Positions 36,494 through 46,325 of a DNA stretch of 64,000 bases are shown piece by piece; within the stretch, counting starts at the first letter, position 1; each line of letters starts with the position of its first letter. The DNA lies in contig CAYRUB010000001.1 of the NCBI GenBank assembly GCA_964427405.1, positions 157,884-221,883 on the forward strand, in the 5' to 3' direction. The position numbers and the translations under genes were made by a program. This stretch comes from an uncultured Planctomycetales bacterium (lineage in GTDB: Bacteria > Omnitrophota > Gorgyraeia > Gygaellales > Profunditerraquicolaceae). The notes beneath the pieces were generated by a model. The model made no database searches. It saw only the letters and a program-made list of their open reading frames with translations, and was not told the origin of the DNA.

Positions 36494-38761
36494 TCATCCC
36501 TCCTTTGGTTTATTGTCATATTCAAACGGGCTTGCGATAAGCCTGTCTTTTACCTTTTTATCAAATAAAAACTCGTGATTTGCGATTACCGTGAGTTTTT
36601 CCCTTAAGAAAATAACACTCTTTGAAAACGGCAGCCTTAAAAACACATTCTCTGAAATGTAATTCTTAACCGCAGTACGGATATTTCCCTGGGCGGATCT
36701 TAAACCGTCGAGCTTGACTCCTGCTTTATCATTGCTTATATTATCCACCTGAAGTACAGTTTTATCCTGATAGGTGGTCTGTCCAGTTTTATCAGACCAG
36801 AACCTTGCGTCAAAAGGATCCTCCTGCATAAAAATTACTTTGGTTGCGGTATTGGTAAAAATCGCATTCTCAAATGCTTTCGATACATTGGATAGGTTTC
36901 CCCGCGACTGATTGGACAGCACAAGACAAAAATTAGCGCTCCTTACTTTAGAGATTACATCCACGAAGTGAGAACAAGCTAAATTCTGGAACTCATCGAT
37001 AAAGATAAAAAACGGTGGATCGGTTTCCTTACGGAATACAGCCTGTGACTTAAGGTCAATAATAAGCATCCTACCTATTGCTTCAGCCAAACGCGTATTC
37101 ACCTGGCTCTTTAGGGCAAAGAATGCCACATCGCCGTTTTTGATTACTTTGGCTAAATCCAGTTCAGCGCGGTTTATCACATCAATACCGGCAATCCAGG
37201 AGACTGCTGCCAAGAGCCCCTTAACTTCCTGTGTACTTACATCCGTCCTTTCTAAGAAGGCGGGATTCTCCAAAGCCTCTTTGACCGAAAGGAAATTTAT
37301 CTCCTTGTTTTCCTGAATTTTTTCCTTTAATAATCCGATGAAGGCCATTGCCTGCACATTAGAGTAAAAACCAGCCGGGCCCTGGTAAATAAGCTCTAAG
37401 GCAGTCATAATCCTGTCGACCTTGGAATGAATATCGCCTGATGAAAGCGGATTATACCCAATTGAGGGTTCATTAGGATCAATGCTGAAATAATAAAATT
37501 TCTTGCCCGCTTGCCTCGCTCTCTCCTGAACGTACTTCTTAAAAACCTCGTCTCCCTTAAAATCTATAAAGCAGCAACCTCTGCCTTTTTCTATAGCCTG
37601 CCTGCTTAAAGGAAGTATCACTAGGGAAGTTTTTCCGCCTCCTGTGGAGCCTAATACGTGCAGATGGCGGTTAAGGATATTTTCTTCTACAACAACATCC
37701 TGCTTATCATCTGAGACAGCCAAAAAATATTTGTCCGTCTTTGCGTACTGATTCAGTTTTTTGTTGATATCGAAGTGGACTTTTTTAAATTCAACCGTCT
37801 CGATGGAAAGCTCTTTTCTTTTTTGCGTTTCCTTATCAACTTTTAAGAAGTCCTCTAGTTCCCGCCTCTTGCGCGGCATTACGTGTTTGATTAAATAAAT
37901 AATGCCAACTGCAGTAAAACCGATAACCGACAAGCCAAAAGCTATAATCAAAAATAACCTTCCCTCTTTCATAATAAAACCGTTCCAGAAACTCCAAAGG
38001 ATCACCTGCCAGCCGTCATTACTAAATGCCAGGTTTATGTCATGGTAGCCAATCCTGCCAAACCAATAGGCAAACACCCAAAACAAGTAATAAAACCAAA
38101 GCCAAAAACTCCTTGTTGCCATAACCACAAAGAAAACACCTATCCCTATTAACCCCAAAACGTCATAAGGAAGACCGTTATCTTTAAAGATATTTCCCAT
38201 GGCTCTTGAGACGAGCACCGTGTCAGAGTAGAGCCAGGGGTATTTCTTTTCGAGTCTCTCAAGAAATAAATAAGGCTCCAAAGCCAGAGCATCTTTAGTC
38301 CTGCCTGATTTCTTAAGAAGATCGCTAAGCTCTCTTACTGACAAGCTTCCCAATCTTTTCTTAGGGTTCTTAAGTTCGTAAGCTATGGCCCGTGAATATT
38401 CTCCGGTCATGGCAAAAGTCTTTGGCAGAGCGATATCGCTTCCTGAAGGCGAAAAGTCAAAATTCCACGTTCCGGGCACCTCAAAATATCCGGATACCTT
38501 AAAATAGGTTGAATCCGGATCAGGATTAGCAGCCTCATGTGGCGGCACAACCATAACCAAAGCCTTGCTGCCAGAGATATCTTCTAAGGACGAGCCTAAG
38601 AGACTGATCTTCATAACCACAGGGATATTGTCAAAGGGTCCCAAAATGACACACTTTCTGCCGTAATTAAAACCTACATACCAGCCGAATCCTATGTAGA
38701 AAAGCGGAATCAGTATTAATAACCTTATAAACCTACTCTTTAAACTAAGCGGTTTGTCCAT
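36494..38761 (-). CDS. traD: type IV coupling protein (TraD/VirD4 family)
   Basis: N-terminal TM helices, HLHVLGSTGGGKTS Walker A, FIFIDEFQ Walker B. Confidence 0.8.
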   Translation of the reverse strand: MDKPLSLKSRFIRLLILIPLFYIGFGWYVGFNYGRKCVILGPFDNIPVVMKISLLGSSLEDISGSKALVMVVPPHEAANPDPDSTYFKVSGYFEVPGTWNFDFSPSGSDIALPKTFAMTGEYSRAIAYELKNPKKRLGSLSVRELSDLLKKSGRTKDALALEPYLFLERLEKKYPWLYSDTVLVSRAMGNIFKDNGLPYDVLGLIGIGVFFVVMATRSFWLWFYYLFWVFAYWFGRIGYHDINLAFSNDGWQVILWSFWNGFIMKEGRLFLIIAFGLSVIGFTAVGIIYLIKHVMPRKRRELEDFLKVDKETQKRKELSIETVEFKKVHFDINKKLNQYAKTDKYFLAVSDDKQDVVVEENILNRHLHVLGSTGGGKTSLVILPLSRQAIEKGRGCCFIDFKGDEVFKKYVQERARQAGKKFYYFSIDPNEPSIGYNPLSSGDIHSKVDRIMTALELIYQGPAGFYSNVQAMAFIGLLKEKIQENKEINFLSVKEALENPAFLERTDVSTQEVKGLLAAVSWIAGIDVINRAELDLAKVIKNGDVAFFALKSQVNTRLAEAIGRMLIIDLKSQAVFRKETDPPFFIFIDEFQNLACSHFVDVISKVRSANFCLVLSNQSRGNLSNVSKAFENAIFTNTATKVIFMQEDPFDARFWSDKTGQTTYQDKTVLQVDNISNDKAGVKLDGLRSAQGNIRTAVKNYISENVFLRLPFSKSVIFLREKLTVIANHEFLFDKKVKDRLIASPFEYDNKPKEG

Positions 38762-39518
38762 GAGTTTCTATTCCTTCTTTTAGTAACCTTATCGCTTCTT
38801 CAACGTGTATCATCTTGCCCTGATAAAAACACATACCCAGCTCAAGCATTCCCAAATCAGCCAGGATAAGAAACCTTAAGCAGAACTCCTGCGCGATATT
38901 ATAAAACCTGGTTCTTAAGCCTTCATAATTGAACCTGCTTGAAGCCACAACCATGAGGCAATTGTACTTGGAGATCTTCTCGATATCGTAGCGGTACTTC
39001 TTAACAAATGTTTTTAGGATTCCCAGGGTTTTATAGCGAGTTTCCACTTCCAAAGCCACATTAAGGCCGTTCGCTAAAGTTATCAGGCCATCGGGGATCT
39101 TCTCTCCTGGACGTTTTCCTCTTCTCAGATCCCATTCACATACCCATTCTTTGATATTGAGATGGCTATTAAGCAGCATAAAAGCCTCTACCATATTGTT
39201 GTGATGGATAAAGGTATTTAAACCGGCGTGGGACTTCTCAAAATAGTAATGCTCAACCATGGCTTGATCGGAAATCATTTCCCTGCCTTTATGGGTTAAA
39301 TAGTATATTTTTGTCTTGAATAAAGGCTCGTAATAAGCATCTATAAATCCTTCGCTAAGCGAGTACTGTATAAGCCAGCGGGTAAACGACAGATTCATTA
39401 TCAACTGAATAAACATTTCCAGCTGCTTCCTTGTCGCATATCTGAAAGTATAAATAAATATTAATAATGCCTTGATTCTGCGTGCCTGTTCTTCCTTAGT
39501 CAGTCTTCCTCTTTTCAT
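38745..39518 (-). CDS. replication-relaxation (Replic_Relax)-like wHTH protein
   Basis: 257 aa. N-terminal wHTH-like region (TRKQLEMF). Sits at the position where relaxosome genes are expected. Confidence 0.4.
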   Translation of the reverse strand: MKRGRLTKEEQARRIKALLIFIYTFRYATRKQLEMFIQLIMNLSFTRWLIQYSLSEGFIDAYYEPLFKTKIYYLTHKGREMISDQAMVEHYYFEKSHAGLNTFIHHNNMVEAFMLLNSHLNIKEWVCEWDLRRGKRPGEKIPDGLITLANGLNVALEVETRYKTLGILKTFVKKYRYDIEKISKYNCLMVVASSRFNYEGLRTRFYNIAQEFCLRFLILADLGMLELGMCFYQGKMIHVEEAIRLLKEGIETHGQTA

Positions 39519-39533
39519 AACAATGCCTTTCTA

Positions 39534-39679
39534 GCCCCGCCCTGATTAAAGGGTTTTGTTGGTTGGGTGGTTTGGTGGATTTTGATTGGGACTGGCGTGC
39601 GGTAGCCTTCGAGAGGGTTGTTGAAAAAGGCGCCTCGTAGGCCACCGCCCGCCGTGAGCTTTAAGTGCTTGGGGGTAAT
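39534..39679. repeat. 146-bp perfect inverted repeat, right copy (IR-R)
   Basis: Exact reverse complement of 4991-5136. Lies 15 bp upstream of the start codon of the Replic_Relax-like gene at 39518, so the repeat is directly upstream of the tra operon. Confidence 0.9.
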
Positions 39680-39787
39680 AAACATACCTAGAAAATAATT
39701 AGCAAAATAATTAGCATACACAAAATCAATAAATTCGCATGTTGCTGCTAATTTCTTTAAAATTAATTTGCGAATTAATTTAACCAT

Positions 39788-41158
39788 CTAAACTCCTATT
39801 TTAGAACCAACTTTACCCACTCCCTTATCCGCATGAAGTGTCAATGCAGTGGCAGCTTCACCTATGCCGGTCAGTATCCCTTTAGTCATAAACCAGGCTA
39901 TGCCTGGAGACATCACTAAAAGCACCCCTGTCACTATGTTAAAATACGGCTTCTCAAAAAACCAAGAAGTAGTGCCGGAAGCAAGGCTTGCCTGGAGTGT
40001 TGACATATAGACAGATGCATAGTGAATTAAGGCCCAAACAATAACCCAGGACTTAACCCAAAACAGATAGATAAAATACTCCTTTAAAATGCTCAAGGTC
40101 CCAAATAAAAGGCAGAGCAATAAAGTGAACGGAAACAAACTATAAATGATCATTACCGCGTAGCCCTGTAAATACGGCAGAGCCTTAATCATAAACTCAG
40201 ACAAAGTGGTTGAAAAGAACTGCCCTACGAACGAAGAAACATAAGCCAGCCAGCTGGCAGGTTGTTTCATTATCCAGCTTAATCGTGTTGTTTGAGGATT
40301 CATGCCGTAACCAGTCATATTAGAGGCTATATCTGTAGCTGCCTTTTCATTATGCCCGGCAAGGAGTCTTATCTTTATCTCTTTATAGTCTATAAAGAGA
40401 TTGGCAAAAGAGCCTTTAGCACCTAGCTTATCTATTTCTGTTTTTATGTAGTCAGCCAGCCTCGAATCTAAAGCTTCCCAACGCTTCCTTTGGTCTAAAT
40501 CATAGTTTGCTACCACTTCTTCATCCCCAGGCCACCACTTCTTGCTTACTTTGCCTTGGGTATTGCTATTATTAATCATTCTGCCTAAAGTCTGCGGGTA
40601 ATCATTCCTTAAGAATTCTTCAAGCTCTTTTTTCAAGGCGTTATCTTTCTTGATACCTTCGCTGCTGAAATGCTGCAGGTAAATAGAAACCTTATTTACG
40701 ATGAAAGGGTTGTTAAGATAATTAAAATCCTTCTGCTGTGTTACCTGGGTGATGGCGCTTATTGTGCCATAAACAATGGCATTAAAACCCTGGCTTATGA
40801 AAACAAGGCCTAAAGAGCCTGCGCGGGCCTTTCCTGTGTCAATAAAGGCCTCTTTTAGGCTATCTTGGGTACTTGTACCCTTCCAGCCGGCTGCTTCCAT
40901 GGTAGAAGTAGCGTTTTCTAGGGTGGCCATAGGCTTAATAAAGATAAACAAAAGCACACAAAACATGAATAAATAGCTCCAGAGAATTGAAAAATCTGTT
41001 TCCTTGGCAGATCTCCACAAAGCGGTCAAAAACCCTATAAGAAATACGGCGAGGCCTATTTTTGTTTCGAAAAACAAGAAATCGATTATTGACTTGGCGT
41101 TAACCAAGCCGATAACCTCAAAAGCCGCTTCTGTTGGCGATATGCCTGTAGGAATCAT
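39788..41158 (-). CDS. polytopic membrane protein of unknown function
   Basis: 456 aa with more than 8 predicted TM helices. Confidence 0.45.
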   Translation of the reverse strand: MIPTGISPTEAAFEVIGLVNAKSIIDFLFFETKIGLAVFLIGFLTALWRSAKETDFSILWSYLFMFCVLLFIFIKPMATLENATSTMEAAGWKGTSTQDSLKEAFIDTGKARAGSLGLVFISQGFNAIVYGTISAITQVTQQKDFNYLNNPFIVNKVSIYLQHFSSEGIKKDNALKKELEEFLRNDYPQTLGRMINNSNTQGKVSKKWWPGDEEVVANYDLDQRKRWEALDSRLADYIKTEIDKLGAKGSFANLFIDYKEIKIRLLAGHNEKAATDIASNMTGYGMNPQTTRLSWIMKQPASWLAYVSSFVGQFFSTTLSEFMIKALPYLQGYAVMIIYSLFPFTLLLCLLFGTLSILKEYFIYLFWVKSWVIVWALIHYASVYMSTLQASLASGTTSWFFEKPYFNIVTGVLLVMSPGIAWFMTKGILTGIGEAATALTLHADKGVGKVGSKIGV

Positions 41159-41399
41159 ATTTCATTACCTCCAATAAATAAACGTGACCTAGCCTATTTT
41201 TTGACCAAACAAAAAAGGCTAAAAAACAAAAAAGACAGCTTAACATCAAACTGCCTTCAACCTCTTGGTATATAAGTATTTAATCCAGTTAATTTGTCTT
41301 GATAAATCTCTTCAAGAAAAGGTAGGATAGTCCTGTGGGAACGGAACCAGCGGTCAACCAAAAGTCTTTAGAAAAACTTTTTTATTCATACTCGCTGGT

Positions 41400-42374
41400 T
41401 TATTTTCGTAACAAAAATAATTCCTGGCGTAAATACGCGCCTACCACGCCTGACATAACATTATACCCTGCTGCGTTAAGATGCGTATGACACATTTTCA
41501 AAAATAGGCCGTTGCAATTTTCGATCTTCTTGAAAATACCATATAAATCAATAAAAACAAAATTTGAATTTTTATTTAAGAAAGATTTTAGCATTAAATC
41601 AACTGACCGGTTACCATGCCCCTGGTAAATATTATAAGGGATGCTTTTTGATATTTTAGGTAATGGGTAACTCAGAAGAATGACGGCCTTGCCCTCCTTT
41701 TGTAAACGGTCTAAGAAATCTGCAGAATAAGCAATCACCCTGTTTTCCCTGATAATGTCCTTTTCGGAATTTTGGATAATGCCCCTTAATTCCAATACCA
41801 AATTTGATAATGCATTATACAAATAACTTTTCGATAAAAATAAACCTATTTTAGAAGAATAAAACTTTATGTAGCGATTATCCCAGGGATTTTTTATTAC
41901 ATTTGCCGCTATGCCACTGGTTCCACCCAGGAAAATAATGCAGTCCGGCGTTAAAACATTCATATTCTTTTCAAGAAAATGAATTATTTCTTCAGCGCTG
42001 TAGCTAGAGATACCCGCATTGACCACCTCTATTTTTACCCCCGGTACATTCTTCCTAAGAAAATCTTCTAAAAAAGCCGGGTAGCTTTTATCTTCCGCAA
42101 CGCCTAAACCAAATGTCCAAGAATCTCCGATACAAACAATCCTATACACATCATTTTGCTTCGGTAAAATCTCTTTATTCCCTCGTAATCCTAACCTATT
42201 AAAATTACACTTCCTGTAATACGCATCCACTTCTTTCCGGCACTCAATAAGCGCCCTTACCTTGCTATCTATTAATATTGCAGGAAACCTTAAAACTTTC
42301 AGCGTCATTTCCGCCATAAATACAAATATGACTAAAGTGATCAGAGAAAATATGGCAATCTTTACTGTATTCAT
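41400..42374 (-). CDS. SGNH/GDSL hydrolase
   Basis: CIGDSWTFG GDSL motif, N-terminal TM. Confidence 0.7.
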   Translation of the reverse strand: MNTVKIAIFSLITLVIFVFMAEMTLKVLRFPAILIDSKVRALIECRKEVDAYYRKCNFNRLGLRGNKEILPKQNDVYRIVCIGDSWTFGLGVAEDKSYPAFLEDFLRKNVPGVKIEVVNAGISSYSAEEIIHFLEKNMNVLTPDCIIFLGGTSGIAANVIKNPWDNRYIKFYSSKIGLFLSKSYLYNALSNLVLELRGIIQNSEKDIIRENRVIAYSADFLDRLQKEGKAVILLSYPLPKISKSIPYNIYQGHGNRSVDLMLKSFLNKNSNFVFIDLYGIFKKIENCNGLFLKMCHTHLNAAGYNVMSGVVGAYLRQELFLLRK

Positions 42375-42432
42375 ATTTTAATTAAAAAACCTCTTTAAGC
42401 AGATTTTTTTGGCGAGCAGCCCAGGTGCATAT

Positions 42433-42476
42433 TAAAATTAAACCCCGCGCCAATACGGTGCGGGGTTTAATTTTAA
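42433..42476 (-). terminator. intrinsic terminator
   Basis: AAACCCCGC-N9-GCGGGGTTT stem followed by AATTTTAAT. Confidence 0.5.
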
Positions 42477-42492
42477 TAGAAAATAAACTGCA

Positions 42493-43170
42493 TTATTTCT
42501 TCTTAAGCTTCTCCACTAATTCAGCTACAAATCTTCCAGCTATCTCCCTACAACCGAGACCAAAAGCTAGAGCTAGAGCTAAACCGAACGAACCTAAAAT
42601 AATACCTACGGTAAGCTCAGTAACACGTATACCGATATTAAGCTGTTCCAAACCTACAAATATCGTAAAAATCATAACCACTACTTCCACGACTTGCCCC
42701 AATAATTTACCCTGGGTAAGCCCGGCATTATTAGCAGCGGTCTTTACAATATTCTTCAAGGCAGTGGCAGCAAACATACCAACAATTAAAATAAATATCC
42801 CGGCAATAACATTCGGGATATAAAGGACAACTTTATTTAACAACTCCGCAGCTATAGTCAAGCCTATAGCATTGATCGCTACCATAAAAGTAATCAAAAG
42901 CCCAAACCAATAGCAGATTACTCCGATTAAATCAGAAAGCGGATAAGTAATCCCACCCTTATCAAGTATTTTGTCCAATTCAATGCGGCTAGAGAGTGTA
43001 TCAAGTTTTATGGTTTTTAAAGCCTTACTCACGACAGCCCTGAGTAACTTAGAAAGCAACCAACCAATTATCAGGATAACGATTACCAGAAGTACATTAA
43101 CCATAAACTGGCTGATCTGGGTAAGTACATTTCTGGCTGGCTCAAGCAACACGACTTGCCAACTACTCAT
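42493..43170 (-). CDS. membrane protein with MscS-like N-terminal TM-helix repeats
   Basis: Start at MSSWQ, which has an AGGAGG RBS. Multiple TM helices. Confidence 0.45.
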   Translation of the reverse strand: MSSWQVVLLEPARNVLTQISQFMVNVLLVIVILIIGWLLSKLLRAVVSKALKTIKLDTLSSRIELDKILDKGGITYPLSDLIGVICYWFGLLITFMVAINAIGLTIAAELLNKVVLYIPNVIAGIFILIVGMFAATALKNIVKTAANNAGLTQGKLLGQVVEVVVMIFTIFVGLEQLNIGIRVTELTVGIILGSFGLALALAFGLGCREIAGRFVAELVEKLKKK

Positions 43171-43242
43171 ATTCCCTCCTTTTTTAGTGTTACAACTTAC
43201 TAACTCTAACATAACTAAACAGTTATGTCAAGAATATTCCCT

Positions 43243-44022
43243 TCAAAAATCCAATGTCATGCCGTCGTAAGCTGCAATTACCTCAATACCTAAAGCCCTT
43301 GATAACTTTTCCGCTTGAAGTAACGGCTTGGCCTTAAGCATACTCATACCAAAATGAGTAAGTACGGCTTTCCCGGGCTTTAGCTTACTGATAATCATCT
43401 CTGCTTCTTTTAAACTAAGATGATCAATACCCTTGCGTGGCTCATAAAAGACTACCGAAATAATCAAAATATCTGTCTTATAAAAATCAGCTAATTCCGG
43501 AAAATACCTGGTATCAGTGATCAAACCAACAGTTGTCTTGCCAATTTTAAATTTCAAACCGTAAGTCTCACAAGGGTGGATGTGGCGCATAGAAGTAGTA
43601 AAACTAAAATCCCCCGCCAGATAGTTGTGATTTGCCTTAATAATCTGGATCTTTTCAGGAAAACCAGATGCATGCCTGAGAATGACTGAATCATTGCCAA
43701 GCGCATCAGAAGGACAAAAGACCACCCCTCTTTTCTTAAACCCACCTTCAGTCATCGCTTCAATCATTACATTTATATCATTGGCATGGTCTAAATGGCG
43801 ATGGGTCAGAATAATAGCATCCAATTTCCCCGGATCAAGTTTTGGCCTGCTAGAAGCGCAGCGCACAATACTTCCCGGCCCGGGGTCAATCAAGATATTA
43901 GCTCCTCCACAAGAAACCCATAATCCCCCGGAAGCGCGCAGCTGTTTAATCATTACAAAACGCGCCCCCGCAGTACCGAGGAATTTAATATAATCTTCCT
44001 TTTTTTGTTTTACTCTAACCAT
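43243..44022 (-). CDS. MBL-fold metallo-hydrolase
   Basis: ILTHRHLDH motif. Confidence 0.7.
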   Translation of the reverse strand: MVRVKQKKEDYIKFLGTAGARFVMIKQLRASGGLWVSCGGANILIDPGPGSIVRCASSRPKLDPGKLDAIILTHRHLDHANDINVMIEAMTEGGFKKRGVVFCPSDALGNDSVILRHASGFPEKIQIIKANHNYLAGDFSFTTSMRHIHPCETYGLKFKIGKTTVGLITDTRYFPELADFYKTDILIISVVFYEPRKGIDHLSLKEAEMIISKLKPGKAVLTHFGMSMLKAKPLLQAEKLSRALGIEVIAAYDGMTLDF

Positions 44023-44498
44023 TTTTTCTTAAGTTCAGCGTTAATTGCCTGCATTTCAGAATAAGAAATTTTACTTTCTTCACTTTCCTGGCGGCGGGAA
44101 TCAAGCGACCTTAAACTTTTCTTGCCGCAGATAAACTCTTCCACGCCTGAGATCCTGCCGTTTAAAAGCCTGACGGCCGATTGCACGCCCTTATCATCCG
44201 AAACTACGATAATATTCCTGGGCTGACCGGATTCTTCCACCAATTTCTTTATAATTTCATCCGCCTCAATCATGCGCGAAAACACACAAACCAATGCTTC
44301 ATCTTCGGGCATCTTTTCTCCATAAGGGGGATATCCGTCAAAAACAAGGATAACTCTGTTTTTCCTGCTTCCGGATAACTTATCTAATCTAATGAAATCT
44401 GCAAGCGAACTTTGAATGTTGGGAGATTTTCTTACGCGAGGCCTAAACTGAGGATGGTTGATTATGTTGTATGCGTCGATGATGTACTGTAAGGACAT
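44010..44498 (-). CDS. NYN-domain (YacP-like) protein
   Basis: MSLQYIIDAYNIIN..VFDG pattern. Confidence 0.6.
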   Translation of the reverse strand: MSLQYIIDAYNIINHPQFRPRVRKSPNIQSSLADFIRLDKLSGSRKNRVILVFDGYPPYGEKMPEDEALVCVFSRMIEADEIIKKLVEESGQPRNIIVVSDDKGVQSAVRLLNGRISGVEEFICGKKSLRSLDSRRQESEESKISYSEMQAINAELKKKWLE

Positions 44499-45429
44499 AA
44501 ATAATTCCTCCTATAGCCCCAGAAAAAATAATAAATGAAAACGATAAAAGAGACATTGCCAAGGCTAATTGTTTTATCACTCCCGCCTTAGCAAAATAAA
44601 CCACATATAAACCCTCCCTTAAACCTAAACCTCCCATAGCGATTGGAAGCAATGTGATTGCACTAATGATAGGCAAGAAAATAAAGAAATAAATAAGGTT
44701 TATTTTTATTCCTAAAGCAAGCCCGATAAAATAAGCACCCAGTGGATAGATCAGCTGGATAATAAAAGAAAGAACCAAATTAACAATAATCATTTTCTTA
44801 TGATTACGAAAAATATGTATCTCCCGATGCATATCCTTAATCATCTCTCTAATCCTTCCAGCCCCGGGGACAGATAAAAACCTAGCTATCCTTTCATATA
44901 TAAAACTGTTAAATAACAGTAATAGAATAACAACCAGCAAAATGACGATTACAGCTACCGAAAAATAAACTATTTTATCGTTTATAAGCGAACCCCCTAA
45001 AAAAATAGCAGGCAAAACCACAAGCACTAACCCTATATAACCGCTCAACCTGTCCAGGAAAACCGTAGCGATAACCTGCTTTGCTTTTTGGGTATGTGAG
45101 ACAAGGTCCGCTGTCTTGACCAGGTCGCCACCGATAGTTGAAGGAAGAAAAATACTAAAGAAAAGCCCCCCGCAAAAAGAACTAATTAGTTTTTTTAAAG
45201 GGATATTGATTTCGGCCGATTTAAGCAGCATCTGCCAACGCAAGAAACCAAGAATATGGACAAGCGGAACAATCGCAAACCCCAGGATCAAAAACAGCGT
45301 ATCCGCGCCTTTTATATCATTGATTAGAGCGTTAAAATCAATTTTGTTTAGTTTAAACAAAAGAAACAGAAGCACAACGCTAATGACAATTCTCAATAAT
45401 ACGGACAATACCTTTTTAAATTTGGACAT
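44443..45429 (-). CDS. flippase-like membrane protein (lysylphosphatidylglycerol-synthase TM-domain family)
   Basis: 328 aa polytopic protein. The N-terminus is typical of the family. Confidence 0.5.
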   Translation of the reverse strand: MSKFKKVLSVLLRIVISVVLLFLLFKLNKIDFNALINDIKGADTLFLILGFAIVPLVHILGFLRWQMLLKSAEINIPLKKLISSFCGGLFFSIFLPSTIGGDLVKTADLVSHTQKAKQVIATVFLDRLSGYIGLVLVVLPAIFLGGSLINDKIVYFSVAVIVILLVVILLLLFNSFIYERIARFLSVPGAGRIREMIKDMHREIHIFRNHKKMIIVNLVLSFIIQLIYPLGAYFIGLALGIKINLIYFFIFLPIISAITLLPIAMGGLGLREGLYVVYFAKAGVIKQLALAMSLLSFSFIIFSGAIGGIIYVLTVHHRRIQHNQPSSV

Positions 45430-45431
45430 CT

Positions 45432-46325
45432 CTATTTAAGTTCTTTACCGGTTAGTTTACGATAGGCATCCAGGTATTTTTCTGTTGTCCTGGAAATTAT
45501 TTCCTTGGGTAGCGCAGGCGCGGGTGGAGTCTTATTCCAATCCAGAGTCTCTAAATAATCCCGCACAAATTGTTTATCAAAGCTGGGCTGCGGCTGGCCT
45601 GGCTGGTAATCCTCAAGCGGCCAAAAACGGGATGAATCAGGAGTAAGCACCTCATCAATAATAATAACCTGGTTATTATAAATCCCAAATTCAAATTTCG
45701 TATCTGCGATAATAATTCCTTTTTGCAGAGCATAATCCCTTGCTCGTTTATAAACTTCTATACTTGTTTTCTTTAAGACCCCGGCTATATCCCGACCAAG
45801 CAGGCCTTCAACATACTCCTGATTAACATTCTCATCATGGCCCACATCAGCCTTAGTCGATGGAGTAAATATGGGCTCAGGAAGCTTGTCTGATTCTCTT
45901 AGCCCTGCAGGCAAACCTATTCCGCAAACTGATTGTTTTTGCTTATATTCTTTCCAGCCTGAACCGGAAAGATACCCCCTTACCACACATTCAACTGGCA
46001 AAGGTTTAGTTTTTAAAACCAGCATTGAACGGCCGGCTAAATCTTTTTTATACTTCTTTAATTCAGGAGAATATTTTTCTACATCCGCCGTTATCAGATG
46101 ATGCGCAATTACATCCTTAATAAAATCAAACCAGAAAGCGGATATACTGGTTAAAACCTTGCCCTTATACGGTATACCACAAGGCAGGACTACATCAAAA
46201 CAGGATATACGATCAGTAGAAACAATCAAAAGCTTATCCCCTAAATCATAAACATCCCTTACCTTGCCTCTGCGGAAAAGCTTGAGGTCGTTAAATTCAG
46301 TTTTTAACAAAACGTCATTTACCAT
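45432..46325 (-). CDS. purC: phosphoribosylaminoimidazole-succinocarboxamide synthase
   Basis: [13 protein letters not shown] and ADTKFEFG motifs. Confidence 0.9.
   Translation of the reverse strand: MVNDVLLKTEFNDLKLFRRGKVRDVYDLGDKLLIVSTDRISCFDVVLPCGIPYKGKVLTSISAFWFDFIKDVIAHHLITADVEKYSPELKKYKKDLAGRSMLVLKTKPLPVECVVRGYLSGSGWKEYKQKQSVCGIGLPAGLRESDKLPEPIFTPSTKADVGHDENVNQEYVEGLLGRDIAGVLKKTSIEVYKRARDYALQKGIIIADTKFEFGIYNNQVIIIDEVLTPDSSRFWPLEDYQPGQPQPSFDKQFVRDYLETLDWNKTPPAPALPKEIISRTTEKYLDAYRKLTGKELK

Noticed and set aside
39515-39787. 90-aa ORF running through IR-R
   Set aside because: The reading frame is not preserved in the identical left copy, where a stop lies just upstream. The peptide is low complexity (GGGLRG, QTTQPTKP). 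I treat the repeat as non-coding.
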